Shown: positions 43,088-53,536 of the stretch, one piece after another
Layout: each line of letters opens with the position of its first letter
Position numbering within the stretch: position 1 is the first letter of the stretch
Virus record (IMG/VR): IMGVR_UViG_3300038393_000457
Span: 19,809 to 83,808 of that record
Strand: one strand, 5' to 3'
Length of the DNA: 64,000 bases
Source of the DNA: a virus
Taxonomy: Duplodnaviria > Caudoviricetes
The notes under the pieces: generated by a model
The model's database searches: none
What the model saw: only the letters and a program-made list of their open reading frames with translations
Told to the model about the DNA's origin: nothing
Made by a program: the position numbers and the translations under genes

Positions 43088-43168
43088 TCAGAATGCTCCG
43101 AGTTGCGCGGACAGGAAAACGAGTGTCGCTATGAACAATACAAACCAGATAATGTCAAGAAGTCTCAT
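43088..43168 (-). CDS. Membrane microprotein 4 (26 aa)
   Basis: MRLLDIIWFVLFIATLVFLSAQLGAF*; ATGA overlap with previous stop. Confidence 0.55.
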   Translation of the reverse strand: MRLLDIIWFVLFIATLVFLSAQLGAF

Positions 43169-43239
43169 CCCCAAACCCCGGAAACCGTCAGAATGAAAAC
43201 TTGGAAGAACAACACCACCAAGAGAAAGCGATAGAACAT
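43165..43239 (-). CDS. Membrane microprotein 3 (24 aa)
   Basis: MFYRFLLVVLFFQVFILTVSGVWG*; TGATG overlap. Confidence 0.55.
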   Translation of the reverse strand: MFYRFLLVVLFFQVFILTVSGVWG

Positions 43240-43337
43240 CACATCCACCGGAAGTCAAGAACCATGGCACAGAACACCACCGTCACACCAAGAGTGACAC
43301 TGGCAACCGCCAACCAGTCAAGCCAGAAACGAGTCAA
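43239..43337 (-). CDS. Membrane microprotein 2 (32 aa, TTG start)
   Basis: MTRFWLDWLAVASVTLGVTVVFCAMVLDFRWM*; TTGA overlap. Confidence 0.5.
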   Translation of the reverse strand: MTRFWLDWLAVASVTLGVTVVFCAMVLDFRWM

Positions 43338-43414
43338 CGTACCACAACTTTCAGGAGGCAGCACCCGGTCCAGAAAATGGCAAGACTGCCACCGAAGACG
43401 AGTAGATTAGTCAT
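43334..43414 (-). CDS. Membrane microprotein 1 (26 aa, probably leaderless)
   Basis: MTNLLVFGGSLAIFWTGCCLLKVVVR*; ATG 6 nt after TTGACG-N17-TAGTCT. Confidence 0.55.
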   Translation of the reverse strand: MTNLLVFGGSLAIFWTGCCLLKVVVR

Positions 43415-44558
43415 GCCACGAGACTAGCAGAACATGACTAGAGCGTCAAGGAGAAACCGGCAGCAAGCCCGAAATTGCATCTTCCTTGGCTTTGATCGCC
43501 GCTTCCACCTTGTCAATTGCCGCCCTAGTCAAAATCACGACATGTTCTCTTGTATCGACTTCGGAGATCGCCTGCTCCGATGCCGCAACCAACAACACCA
43601 ACGATTTGGCATCAATGGTGATTTCCACCTTCTCAAGGAAGTCAAGCATGTCAAGAAGTTTCATCAAAATACCTCAAAGTTAAGATGTCATAGCTCTAAC
43701 AGCGACCACAAAGAAAGTCAAGAAGAACGATATGCCTCAGAAACCTCCTGCTCAGTATGCGTCCTGTCGGGGTTCCTCCGGTAAATCGCCATGACTTGAT
43801 CGTGTGTCAAGGCGCCTTTCATGGCTCTTGCCCAAGTCAAGGAATCAGGGTAGGGTATAAAAGAAGTGTTCTTGGCGACTTCCACCGACGGCTTCTTGGC
43901 AGGAGCCAGCATCATCTCACGACAGCGGTTGACTTTCATCCGGTCCATGAAAGTCTCCTTTCGAGACTTGTCTACCTTGGAGGTTTCCCTAAAAGAAAGG
44001 GGAAGAAAGAAAAAGAGAAAAAGAAAGAAGGGGAAAGAAAGTGCGGAGCATAACTCCACGGAGTCCAAAAGTCAACCCCTTGTCAAGGCCTCCACGCAAA
44101 TAAATCTGTGGGTAACTTCCTATGCGTAGTATTCCTATGCGCAACAATGGCGCTCTATACGCAATTCTGGTCTCCAATCTTGCGCATAGGACTTCTACTT
44201 GAACAGTCCGCGCGCCTTCATGTCTGCCAACGTCCGCTGGGCGGTCTCCACTTGATCCGCCGTCATCGTCCACTCCGCGATGCTACCGTCCAAGACCAAC
44301 GCACCGTGGTGGCTCATGAACGTCTCCACGTAGTAGCGCGAAACGAATTGACCAAGCTCGGTGTGCGGAAAGCGCGCATCATAGAATTCCACCATGGACG
44401 CTTCCGCCGTCAGGGAGCCGCTCCGGCCGTAGGAATGCCCCCTCGGAACGACCCTCATGTTGAAATGCAGCATAGCAGGAAAGCTCCCTCTAGATGATCG
44501 CTCCATCATGAATGATCTTAGCAGCGCCGTCAAGAGGAAAACCACCGAAGAAAAAGCC

Positions 44559-44712
44559 TTGACCCGCTGTGGCAGATCACGTAAGATGCCTCCACAGGGT
44601 CGGACCGACCGGGGAAGACACCGACCATGGAAACACCGTCAACCAATAAACCAAATTGATTGAAAGAATTGGTTGACCAAAGACAAAAGAAAAGCGGCCC
44701 GAAAGCCGCTTT
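44559..44712 (+). ncRNA. Opposite-strand sRNA-like cassette 1
   Basis: TTGACC-N17-TAAGAT, GGGTCGGACCGACCGGGG at 44597, GC-rich hairpin at 44691-44712. Confidence 0.5.
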
Positions 44713-44912
44713 CCGCTTGACTTACTTACCAAACTCGACCCGACGCCTGGCTTCCGCCTTCCAGGCCCTGCCAAGGGCCCGACGCTGCTCCGCAGAAAGC
44801 GTGCTCTTGCGCGGATACATCCGCTCGTGCTTCGCCATTCGGCGCGCCTTGTTCCTCTGGGTGTTCGCAACACTCATTTTTCTCTCTCCTCTTACTGAAA
44901 ATTGATGGAAGC

Positions 44913-44941
44913 AGTCTAGCAGAGACCGCTCCCATCGTCAA
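44913..44941 (-). promoter_or_regulatory. Repeated early promoter cassette
   Basis: TTGACG-N17-TAGACT-GCTTCCATC. Confidence 0.7.
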
Positions 44942-44951
44942 GGAAAACCTC

Positions 44952-45380
44952 TCAGTTGAAGCGTTTCGCACATTCCGGCCCCAACCCGCTATCGATGCTG
45001 GCAGGAACCGTCAGCTTGCGGCCACAGCGGCCGCACTTGCCCTCGTGACGGACCTCCAAGGAGGGAGCGATCGCCCCTGCCATCGCGTGCTGGAGGAAGT
45101 ACCGGAAGGCGGCCACCGGCTTGCTGTCAGGAGCCATCTTGCTCTTGGCAGTCAGCACCACCTGGCCGTCCCGCACCAAGCCCAGATAGCTATAAGACCG
45201 CTCGTTGTCAGAGCCGGTCAGCAGCGACAGGAAGCGGATCAATTGATTGCCCTCGCGCGGCTGACGGACGCGATACGTGTAGCGTGCGCCCGTCTTGAGG
45301 GACGACAGGGTGAGAGTGGCATTGCCAGCGAGAGCATAGTCGCAAGCGGCTTTGCCGTTGCAGAACGTGTGGCAGTTCAT
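44952..45380 (-). CDS. DUF6011-like protein
   Basis: AGNA-LTL-S-KTG--YTYRV...Y-YLG...HEGKCGRCGRKLT-P-SI-SG-GPECA. Confidence 0.75.
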   Translation of the reverse strand: MNCHTFCNGKAACDYALAGNATLTLSSLKTGARYTYRVRQPREGNQLIRFLSLLTGSDNERSYSYLGLVRDGQVVLTAKSKMAPDSKPVAAFRYFLQHAMAGAIAPSLEVRHEGKCGRCGRKLTVPASIDSGLGPECAKRFN

Positions 45381-45479
45381 GGAAGACCTCTCCGAAATCA
45401 TGGAGAAAGCATACGTGAAAGAGCCACAAAGATCAAGGAGAAAAGATGCCAAAATCCAACTTTCTTGAAAGAATTGGAC

Positions 45480-45605
45480 TTGACCTGCCTCCGGTCTTCC
45501 TCTATGATGCCTTTCAAGGGGTCGGACCGACCAGGGCAGACACCAAGCCTGGGCGAATGCCAACTAGCACGTGAAACAAAAAAGAGGGGCCAATGACCCC
45601 TCTTT
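45480..45605 (+). ncRNA. Opposite-strand sRNA-like cassette 2
   Basis: TTGACC-N17-TATGAT, GGGTCGGACCGACCAGGG at 45519, bidirectional terminator AAGAGGGG/CCCCTCTT. Confidence 0.55.
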
Positions 45606-45843
45606 TGGTCGTCTCCTTTCTGGGATTTAGAGCTTTGTCAAGTCAGCAACCACCGATTCCGGATACACCTCGATCCGAGTCACAAATTTCCTGGCAACCG
45701 TCTCGTCCAGGCACGCCGCCGACATGAGATAGCAAACGGCAGAATTCGTGCCCCGGGTGCGGATGAAATGAGCAGTGGCAGCCACCACTTCGCGGGCTTC
45801 GGCAATCGTCATCTGCATTTGTCGTCTCCTTGATGTTGGAGAG

Positions 45844-45872
45844 AGCTTATCAGAAGCCCCCTCCAACGTCAA
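45844..45872 (-). promoter_or_regulatory. Repeated early promoter cassette
   Basis: TTGACG-N17-TAAGCT. Confidence 0.65.
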
Positions 45873-46204
45873 AAGAAAAATGGAAATCCTACCTAGCGGT
45901 AGGACCCCTCATAGACGCCGCGAGAAGCGACCAGATTGCGAGCCCGCTCCAAAGCGTCACCATCGTACCGACTAAAGCCGGTGAGCAGCGTGAAGCCGTT
46001 GAAACCGTTGTCCTGGTGGACATAGATATACAGCCCATACATGTTGGACTCGGTACGGAACGTGGAGTGATGGAACGAGCCGTCAGCCAGGCAATCCTGG
46101 AGCATCTTGGTACGCACCGCCAGGGAGATCGCTTGACCCAGCATTTCGAAGGGAGCCAGCGGAATGTTCAGTCGCATGTCAGTCTCCGTCTTGATGATGG
46201 AAGC

Positions 46205-46233
46205 AGTCTACATGAGACTGCCTCCAACGTCAA
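46205..46233 (-). promoter_or_regulatory. Repeated early promoter cassette with internal perfect palindrome
   Basis: TTGACG-N17-TAGACT; GCAGTCT-ACATG-AGACTGC at 46203-46221. Confidence 0.75.
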
Positions 46234-46505
46234 TAAGAAAATGGATTTACTTGCGCCCAGCTTTCTCCAGAATCTCCTTGACAGACTCGCGCATAGCGAG
46301 AGCGACCTTGGCCTTGAGCGGATCACCGTGTCGGTGCTCGCTCCAATACACCTCATTGTGACCAGCCCGGAGACCCTCCAGGTAATCGAACCAAGCGAAA
46401 GTATGCGGGGTGTAGAAGTCCAGATTGGAGGGGAGACCCGCCTCGGCATGATACTTGCCGGCACGATATGCATCAGACATTTGCATCTCCTTGGATGATG
46501 GAAGC

Positions 46506-46534
46506 AGTCTACTCGCTCCCATCATCCAAGTCAA
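46506..46534 (-). promoter_or_regulatory. Repeated early promoter cassette
   Basis: TTGACT-N17-TAGACT-GCTTCCATCATC. Confidence 0.75.
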
Positions 46535-47104
46535 CGGAAAAATGGATGTTCAATCGTTGAATATCGTCACTCGCATACGATCCACCCCCTGTCCCAAGAG
46601 CGGGCGATAGCGCCAGGCCTTGATCTCTCCGTCTTGCTTGTCAGTCTCACAGTGAACGAAAACGATCTCCCTGCCCGTCTTGTGCGACTTGATGATAAAG
46701 CCACAATCAATCGCGTCATTGAACACACTGCCAGCGAGTGTCTTGCCGTTGAAGTCAGAGGCCTCGGCACAGAACACTTGATCCCCGCTATAGAAGCGGA
46801 AACACTGTGACGAATGCACTGGCAGATTGCGCCGATTGACACTCGGATGATTGATATGACAAAGCATTTAGACCCCCTACCAACCGAAAACCCACATGAA
46901 CCCTCGGAAGATGACAGGATTAGCATCCTTGTCAACGAAGACCGCCGTAACACGACCGTCTGCTGTATAGACGAGAATATGAGCAAGGTCCTGGAACCCA
47001 TACTTTTCAAGCGCCTTGTCCAGATTGGCAACGGTCTTGAAGGTCTTGGTCCCTTCTTTCACTTCGAGGCACTTGCTCATGCGTCAGTCTCCTTTGATGA
47101 TTGA

Positions 47105-47133
47105 AGTCTATCAAAGATCATAGATCATTGCAA
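47105..47133 (-). promoter_or_regulatory. Repeated early promoter cassette
   Basis: TTGCAA-N17-TAGACT. Confidence 0.6.
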
Positions 47134-47166
47134 CAAGAAAATGGTCCATCCAATCCAATTTTTTTC

Positions 47167-47310
47167 TTGTAATTGGAATTGGAATCCGATATACTGGACT
47201 CATGGGTCGGACCGGACCAGGAAGGCCACCCCACCTGGAACAATGGTTAATCGTCAACCACCTATTATTAATTAACCACGAGCACAAAAAAGGAGGCCTT
47301 GACAGGCCTC
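47167..47310 (+). ncRNA. Opposite-strand sRNA-like cassette 3
   Basis: TTGTAA-N17-TATACT, GGGTCGGACCGGACCAGG at 47204, GGTTAAT..ATTAACC stem, hairpin GGAGGCC/GGCCTCC. Confidence 0.55.
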
Positions 47311-47739
47311 CAATTCTATGTCTAGCGATACGTTGATCTAGCGATACGTACGATCAATGAAGAAAAGACACTCTTGCAAGTTAGCGAATGTCATAGAGAT
47401 ATATTCATCACATTCCGGAGCTTCCCCTACTGTCACATCATACGCGCTATCAACGTCGTAATAGACGCGCAAACAGACTGGATTACACTCAGTCTCGTCT
47501 GTCGGAGACATCAAGAAGTCATCGTTATGCAGTGACGAGTCGCGCGACGTGCTTCCCCCAATAGAGATGATAGTAGACGGATTGACGCGCTTCCAGAAAG
47601 CGTCCCCCCAAATCCCTCCAGCTTTCACAAAGCAGCGTGAAGTCATTTCGTTCTGAACAGTCATCGTTGTCTCCGTTCTGATAAAGACATCATAACAGAA
47701 TCGGAGAACAATGCAAGAGAAAAGATTCCAATTTTTTTG

Positions 47740-47895
47740 TTGTAATTGGATCCAATTTAGTCTATACTCCTGGACATTGGGTCGGATCGGACCAGGACCG
47801 CCACCCACCCTGGTCGTTTGGTTAATTGGTTGATTTGGTATTATTAATTAACCTACCAACAAAAAGAAACCTAGGATGGTTTCCTTTCCTAGGTT
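47740..47895 (+). ncRNA. Opposite-strand sRNA-like cassette 4 (close paralogue of cassette 3)
   Basis: TTGTAA-N17-TATACT, GGGTCGGATCGGACCAGG at 47779, same GGTTAAT..TTATTAATTAACC element, hairpin CCTAGGA/TCCTAGG. Confidence 0.55.
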
Positions 47896-48553
47896 CCCTC
47901 AGAGTGACTGGCCTAAACCCAGTCCGTATTAACTCTTGCGCATGGACCCCGGCATACGATATGCGGCAGGGTTCTTCGAATTCTTCATTGTCACCGACAT
48001 TGCATTGCGTCGATTGTTGAGCTTCCTTTGCTGCTTCTTGAGTATCTTCACTTATCTACTGCCCCTCTATTGAGTGTGGCAGCATCATACCACACTCAAG
48101 TATGAGCGTCAAGGCTTTTTGAAATGATAGATGCCGCGATTGATAAGCCAACGCTTGCGGACCCCCTGACTATGAAACCGCTTCATGTGCTGGCCCAGCA
48201 TGTCTTCCATGAATTCAAGCTCAAGCTTGATAGCTAACAGAAGATTATCGAACATGGCATTCTCCGTATCTGATTTAGAGAGTATCGTTTCGAGTGCAAC
48301 GAGAATATCGCATATGCTAGAAGATAGATCAAGGACTATTTCCAATTAAAAAGTATGTTTTGGACCCCTCCTAGATACTTTTTTTGTCAAATCTTTTCCA
48401 ACTATTTCCACTAAGTCCTTGATTTATAAGGAAACTTGGAAAATATATGGTTTTGACCCCCTTTCCAATCTTTTTGAAAGAATTGGCTTGACTTCCAATA
48501 AAAGAGAGGGGGATGAGCCCCCTCTTTGCTACTCGTTGGAGAAGAGGGGCCGC

Positions 48554-48967
48554 TTACGCGGCCGCCTCCTGCTGGGCCTCGGCTTCCTTGGCGGCCTGCT
48601 CGGCGCGCACGACCAGCTTGCTCTCCCACTTGCCGATCACGTTCGTCGGCTTGACGAGATGCCCCTTGGCGTTGCGGAAGCGCTCGGCGGTCGTGCCCTT
48701 GAAGATATAGCCGACAACCTTGCGATCCTTCTTGACAGCAACGAGCGGGAACGACTCGGGCGCGTTGGGGTCAAGCGACTCACGGGTCGTGTAGTAGATG
48801 AAGCCGTTGACCCACTTCTTGCCAGTCGCCTTCTGCAGGGCAGCAATGTCAAACAGCTTGCCCTTGTTATTCGAGAACAGATCACGGAGCAGGGCGACCA
48901 TGCCCGGGGTGCTCTTGGTGATCGCATAGCTCTGCGGCAGCTTGGTAGCAACATTCTTCTTAGCCAT
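48554..48967 (-). CDS. Basic hypothetical protein, paralogue B
   Basis: LQKATGKKWV and VAVKKDRKVVGY; GGAG RBS; followed by a terminator hairpin. Confidence 0.75.
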   Translation of the reverse strand: MAKKNVATKLPQSYAITKSTPGMVALLRDLFSNNKGKLFDIAALQKATGKKWVNGFIYYTTRESLDPNAPESFPLVAVKKDRKVVGYIFKGTTAERFRNAKGHLVKPTNVIGKWESKLVVRAEQAAKEAEAQQEAAA

Positions 48968-50826
48968 TGTCAGTCTCCTTTGTCAGTCTAGAGCGGTAGA
49001 GCGGAATGCTCTTCCTATTGCTCTCTTGATGTTTTGAGTATAGTGGAAGCTCCAGTCCATGTCTAACAAAATCGGAGAAATATTCTTGCTTTCTGGAGTA
49101 GTGGATTTGACAGGGTATATGTTAGAAAAAGACCAAAAAGTGTCAAATATTCTCCAACAATATCAATAGTTTAGGATCCCCTATAAATTGGATATTAAAA
49201 TAAACGTTGACTTATCCAATTTTGTGTAGGGAGATGCGGTTTTCACTAAAATGCCAATAGGATCCATGTTTCAGGACCCTATTGGCTTGTCAAGGAGTTT
49301 AATATCTAATTGTCGTTGGATGCGGCCTTGACTAGAGCGTCAATCCAATCCAACCATTCTTGTTCGGTCAATTGGAGTCTCCTTCATTCTTAAAGGTGAA
49401 CAACCACCCATTGATTGTCACACATTCTTGCAAATCACAATCCCATGCCAAGAAACGATCATTAAGATCGGTATCAAACTTGACAAACAAATAGCGTTCA
49501 CCGTGCCATTGGTCGTTGTCATTGGTAGATGAATGAAACCCAATAGCTACCACCAAACGATTGTAGCCTAGTTCCGTTGCTTCGTTGTCGCATGTCGGCT
49601 TCATTCGTTGTTCTCCTTAGTGTGGGAGAATGATATCAGAGTGTGGATGTATGTTCAAGGATTTTATATGTAATTTCCTGTCTTTTTTAGAACGTGCACC
49701 CCTTCTTTTGGAACAGTTACTTTTAGAGAATGAGTTTCCAGGACTTAAAAAATGATCTTCAATAATGCCAGTATGCAAGCCAATATTACCAGGAATGCAA
49801 GGAATATTCCGATTTTCAACAATTGTAAGTGTTTCTGCATTGCTGTTCACCAAAAATACATAGTGCTGGCCATCATGTATCAAGCAAGGAGTTGTTTGCA
49901 AGCGTCATCGTGTAGAAAATGCAGAATTCATCCAATCTTTCCACATAGGGTGTTGCATCCAATGTGAAGAATTTACCATGATTCTTTTCAATCATTTCAG
50001 CATACTTCACGTTGTCTGAAGTGTATTTCCACTTTTGACGGAATTGTGTCATGCTGATTGACAAAGTGGCGGAATTCATGTCCAGGCCTCCATGAATTGG
50101 GTATAGCTCTCGGGATTCTGGAATCCCATCGCATCACGGAAGCCTTCGCGGTCATTGGAGTAATTGTAACGCTCCAACTCATCCTTGGACTTCTGATACC
50201 AGACTTCCAGAACGATAGCGATCCAAAGCTCGGTCATCTGTTCTCTCCTTGATGTTGAATAGACTATATCAAGGATTTTAGACTTTGTACAGGACTATTT
50301 TTGTCTTTTTATTCTTGATTTAGTTTTTGGATTGTGATCGGATCCAAATCTTCTTCGTTTGTCAAAGATTCCAAAAAATCAATTGACTCCTGGATTTCCT
50401 CGTCATTCTGTTTCAATTGTGCGCGGGTCATACCATCATAGAGTGATGAATGATTCTGATAAAGAGTTTGGAGCAATCGCAATTGGCCGATCGCTGTTTC
50501 CAACTTGTCAACCTTGTTTGACATTGTTATCTCCACATCTTAGCTAAAAGCGCCGCGCGCAATCGTTGTTTCGCATACATCATGATCCGTTATAATATGG
50601 CCCATGAATTCATGAGTCGATACATAACGGATTTCCACTAATTCATTTGCGCTGTTATACGTGCGCAGAATATCGGTCACAATGAAAAGACGCGGATGTT
50701 TTCCTTGCGTCATATATTGCTGACCAATTTCGAATCTCGGTGTGGTCATTTCTGGCACCCTCTCTTTGTTGTCTCGGAGAGAATATCAAATATCTTGTAT
50801 CTTTGCAACACTTATTTGTCCAAATT

Positions 50827-51189
50827 TTAGAAGCAATCGGACAGTCTTGTCCAATTTCTCGGAGTTGTGTTTGACTTCGAATAGAACCAGGCTTGTTCGC
50901 TCTTGTTCCAATAGTATACAATTTCGCGACGGCATATCAAGAGTGCCCCTGCCAGACATGAATTGATCCCCATTGCACTATCCGAATCGTTATAGGGATT
51001 GCAATCTTGCAATGTTTCGCCCAGCGATGACATATCCCCGAGTGCAACAAGGCTCTCAGCCTGCTCTTGCGTTGTGTAATGAGCGAGCAAGAGTCTGCCG
51101 TTGTGCGACAGATAGCCGTCCCAGTGACAATAGACCGATCGGAAGCTATTGTCATTGCACTCGACAACGAAATAAGAATGGGTACTCAT
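50827..51189 (-). CDS. Conserved phage hypothetical protein (YCHWDGY family)
   Basis: SVYCHWDGY-SHNG--L--HY...LGD-S-L. Confidence 0.7.
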   Translation of the reverse strand: MSTHSYFVVECNDNSFRSVYCHWDGYLSHNGRLLLAHYTTQEQAESLVALGDMSSLGETLQDCNPYNDSDSAMGINSCLAGALLICRREIVYYWNKSEQAWFYSKSNTTPRNWTRLSDCF

Positions 51190-52654
51190 TTGTCTATCTC
51201 CTGGTCAGGGACACGGCTGCATTCCAAATCCAATAAAGAATGCAGCCGGCGCCGATTGCAATATAGAAATAGTCAATCATGCGCCGTCATCCAAAGCATA
51301 GCGGCAATTGTCATCGATCAGCAACAACCGCTCGCCAACATCAACCTCGGGCTTGTCAAGGGAAATTTCCCCTTCGGCCAGCTTTTCGCGCACCAGAATC
51401 TCCAACTCATTGGGAGTCAGGTCGTCATTGCCTTGACTGCGGTAGTAATCGCAAGCCTTGGTGAAATTGACGAAATGGTTTGTTCCGACGATCATTGTGT
51501 GCCTCGCTTGAATTTTTATCAGTAGGATCGTAGTCTAGCAAGGATCATAGATGTTTGCAAGGAGTATTTTCTGAAATATTCTTTTATTCAGAATAGAAAT
51601 TGCTTTTCTCACTGACCATATTCTTTGGTGGCAGACTTTGGCGGCTTCAGAGCGCCCTTCCTGAGATTGCGCATCACCCGTGCAATACTCTTTTGGTGAC
51701 GCTCAATTTCGCGGTTCTCCTTATATAGCCGGCGCTCGCGCAAATCAAGGATTCTCTGTTCACGAAAATACAATTGGGCCTTGTATTCATTCTTTGCAGC
51801 TTTCTCGGCGGCTCTCTTGTCAAACATTATTTTTCTCCGCTCTGTAACTCTTTAGATGTATGATCTTAGAACAATGAGGCAATACCGTCAATTGTTATTT
51901 GTATTTGGTGGAATTTTTTAAAATTGGAAACAGACTAATCCAATATTTAAATTGATTTGGAAATATGGTCAAAAAGAAAGCGGACCCATTGCATTGGCAT
52001 CCGCCTTCTTCCCAAACTTGACAACTGCCTTATTTGTGGTCTTGACGTATTGAGAGTGTAACACATTCAAAGGTTGATGCAAGGACTATTTGTCCAAATC
52101 GTTTTCAGTCACCTTAGTTGCATCCTTGATGTAAGCAACAATTGTATGAACTTTCGAATTGGTAAAAAATTGTTTGAACTTGGCGGCCTGAACAATTTCG
52201 TTCCAATTCTCAAGCTTGACAATCATTTGTTCATTAGGGTTTCTTGTGAGAACAACAGTTGGAACGCTCTTGATTATCCAACCTTTGTTCAACAATCCCA
52301 ATAGCACTGGTACTGTGCTGGTCTTTTCGTCTTCGCTCATGTTTGCAGGCCCCTTCCCTATCATCTGCACAGGAACTGCTAAAACTTACTCTGCAGCAAC
52401 AATGCAGTATGACAGGGAACGAACATAGATGCAAGCGAATTATTGCACAGAATATGCATCAAGGAAGTCAGCAACGACACTCCGTTGATCGAGTGTCGGG
52501 TTACCATTCAGATAGGAAGCGAAACAATAGGCATTCGTCTTGAGTCGGAATACTTCGATAGGATGCCAATCTGGACCGCCGCCGATATCGTCCTGTGAAT
52601 AGATATGATAGCCGACTTCGTATTCCTTACCAATTTTCTTTACTGTATGCATGG

Positions 52655-52870
52655 TTATCCTCCAATCTTCAGCCACTTGCCGTCGGTTTGCTTCTCATAC
52701 TTCTGGCCTCGACCGAGGCCCAGACCAACACCAAAAACAGTATGGCATCGCTCACAAAGATTGCCCCAAGGGCCTTGGCGAGTCTTGCCATCGATCATGA
52801 TATTGCCAAAAGGATTGTGGCAGATATCACAATCCTTGAGAGGGCTCAACCAATAGACCTTTCTGGCCAT
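52655..52870 (-). CDS. Small Zn-binding phage protein
   Basis: CDIC...DGKT--GPW-NLC--CH---G-GLG-G-GQ-Y. Confidence 0.7.
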   Translation of the reverse strand: MARKVYWLSPLKDCDICHNPFGNIMIDGKTRQGPWGNLCERCHTVFGVGLGLGRGQKYEKQTDGKWLKIGG

Positions 52871-52936
52871 TTGTACGTCTCCTTGATCTTGTATCTATCT
52901 TAGATCAAAGATATTAGAACGTCAAGGTCTTTCCGC

Positions 52937-53536
52937 TTATCGTTCGTTGCCGATTGCGTTGCGCCCCTTCACAGTGATTGCGCCGCGCTTGTCTAGCAAT
53001 TCCTTAGTCACAAGCGACGCCTTTGCAGCATCCCACTCGGAACGGCTGGGGAACGTCTTAGAGCCGTTCCTGTAGTCACTCTTATACTCGCAATCACGCT
53101 GCATCATCTGATAACGGTCCTGGCCGCCGTACGATGACTTATAAGAACGAGTCGCAATGAGCACAAGCCGCTCATGGTCGCTCAATTCAGACGGTGCTGG
53201 CAGATATGCCGCCGCATTGTCAGAGTGCAGATAGAACGTGAGGCCCATGTCCTTGCCGCAGAACATAGAATGCATGACGACTGCATATCCAGGCTTTAGC
53301 GTGATTGTGTTGTCAGAACGATTGTCCCACGGAGCCGCCATATGGTCGGCCGCAGGCACCGTATGCCCGGATTCCAATTCAATAACGTGATAGGTTTCAC
53401 GCGAGCCGCCAGACCAAAGGCCAGCATCGGCCGGGATCGTGATCGTCTCACAAACACGTGCCTTGAATTTCTTGCCCGTATATGAGCCTCGCATGTTGGC
53501 GGGCACCTGATTGGCATCAAGATGGATCGTGTTCAT
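52937..53536 (-). CDS. Conserved phage hypothetical protein
   Basis: 199-aa ORF with own promoter; WSGGSR...H--FCGKDMG. Confidence 0.7.
   Translation of the reverse strand: MNTIHLDANQVPANMRGSYTGKKFKARVCETITIPADAGLWSGGSRETYHVIELESGHTVPAADHMAAPWDNRSDNTITLKPGYAVVMHSMFCGKDMGLTFYLHSDNAAAYLPAPSELSDHERLVLIATRSYKSSYGGQDRYQMMQRDCEYKSDYRNGSKTFPSRSEWDAAKASLVTKELLDKRGAITVKGRNAIGNER

Noticed and set aside
48411-48432. dif/Xer-like or att-like site (TAAGTCCTTGATTTATAAGGA)
   Set aside because: Single imperfect palindrome, no recombinase in the window, and no convincing match to a 28-bp dif consensus
45045-48954. Plus-strand long ORFs in the GC-rich block (45045-45596, 45830-46498, 48419-48991)
   Set aside because: They are antisense to credible minus-strand genes with RBS and promoters; GC richness depletes stop codons
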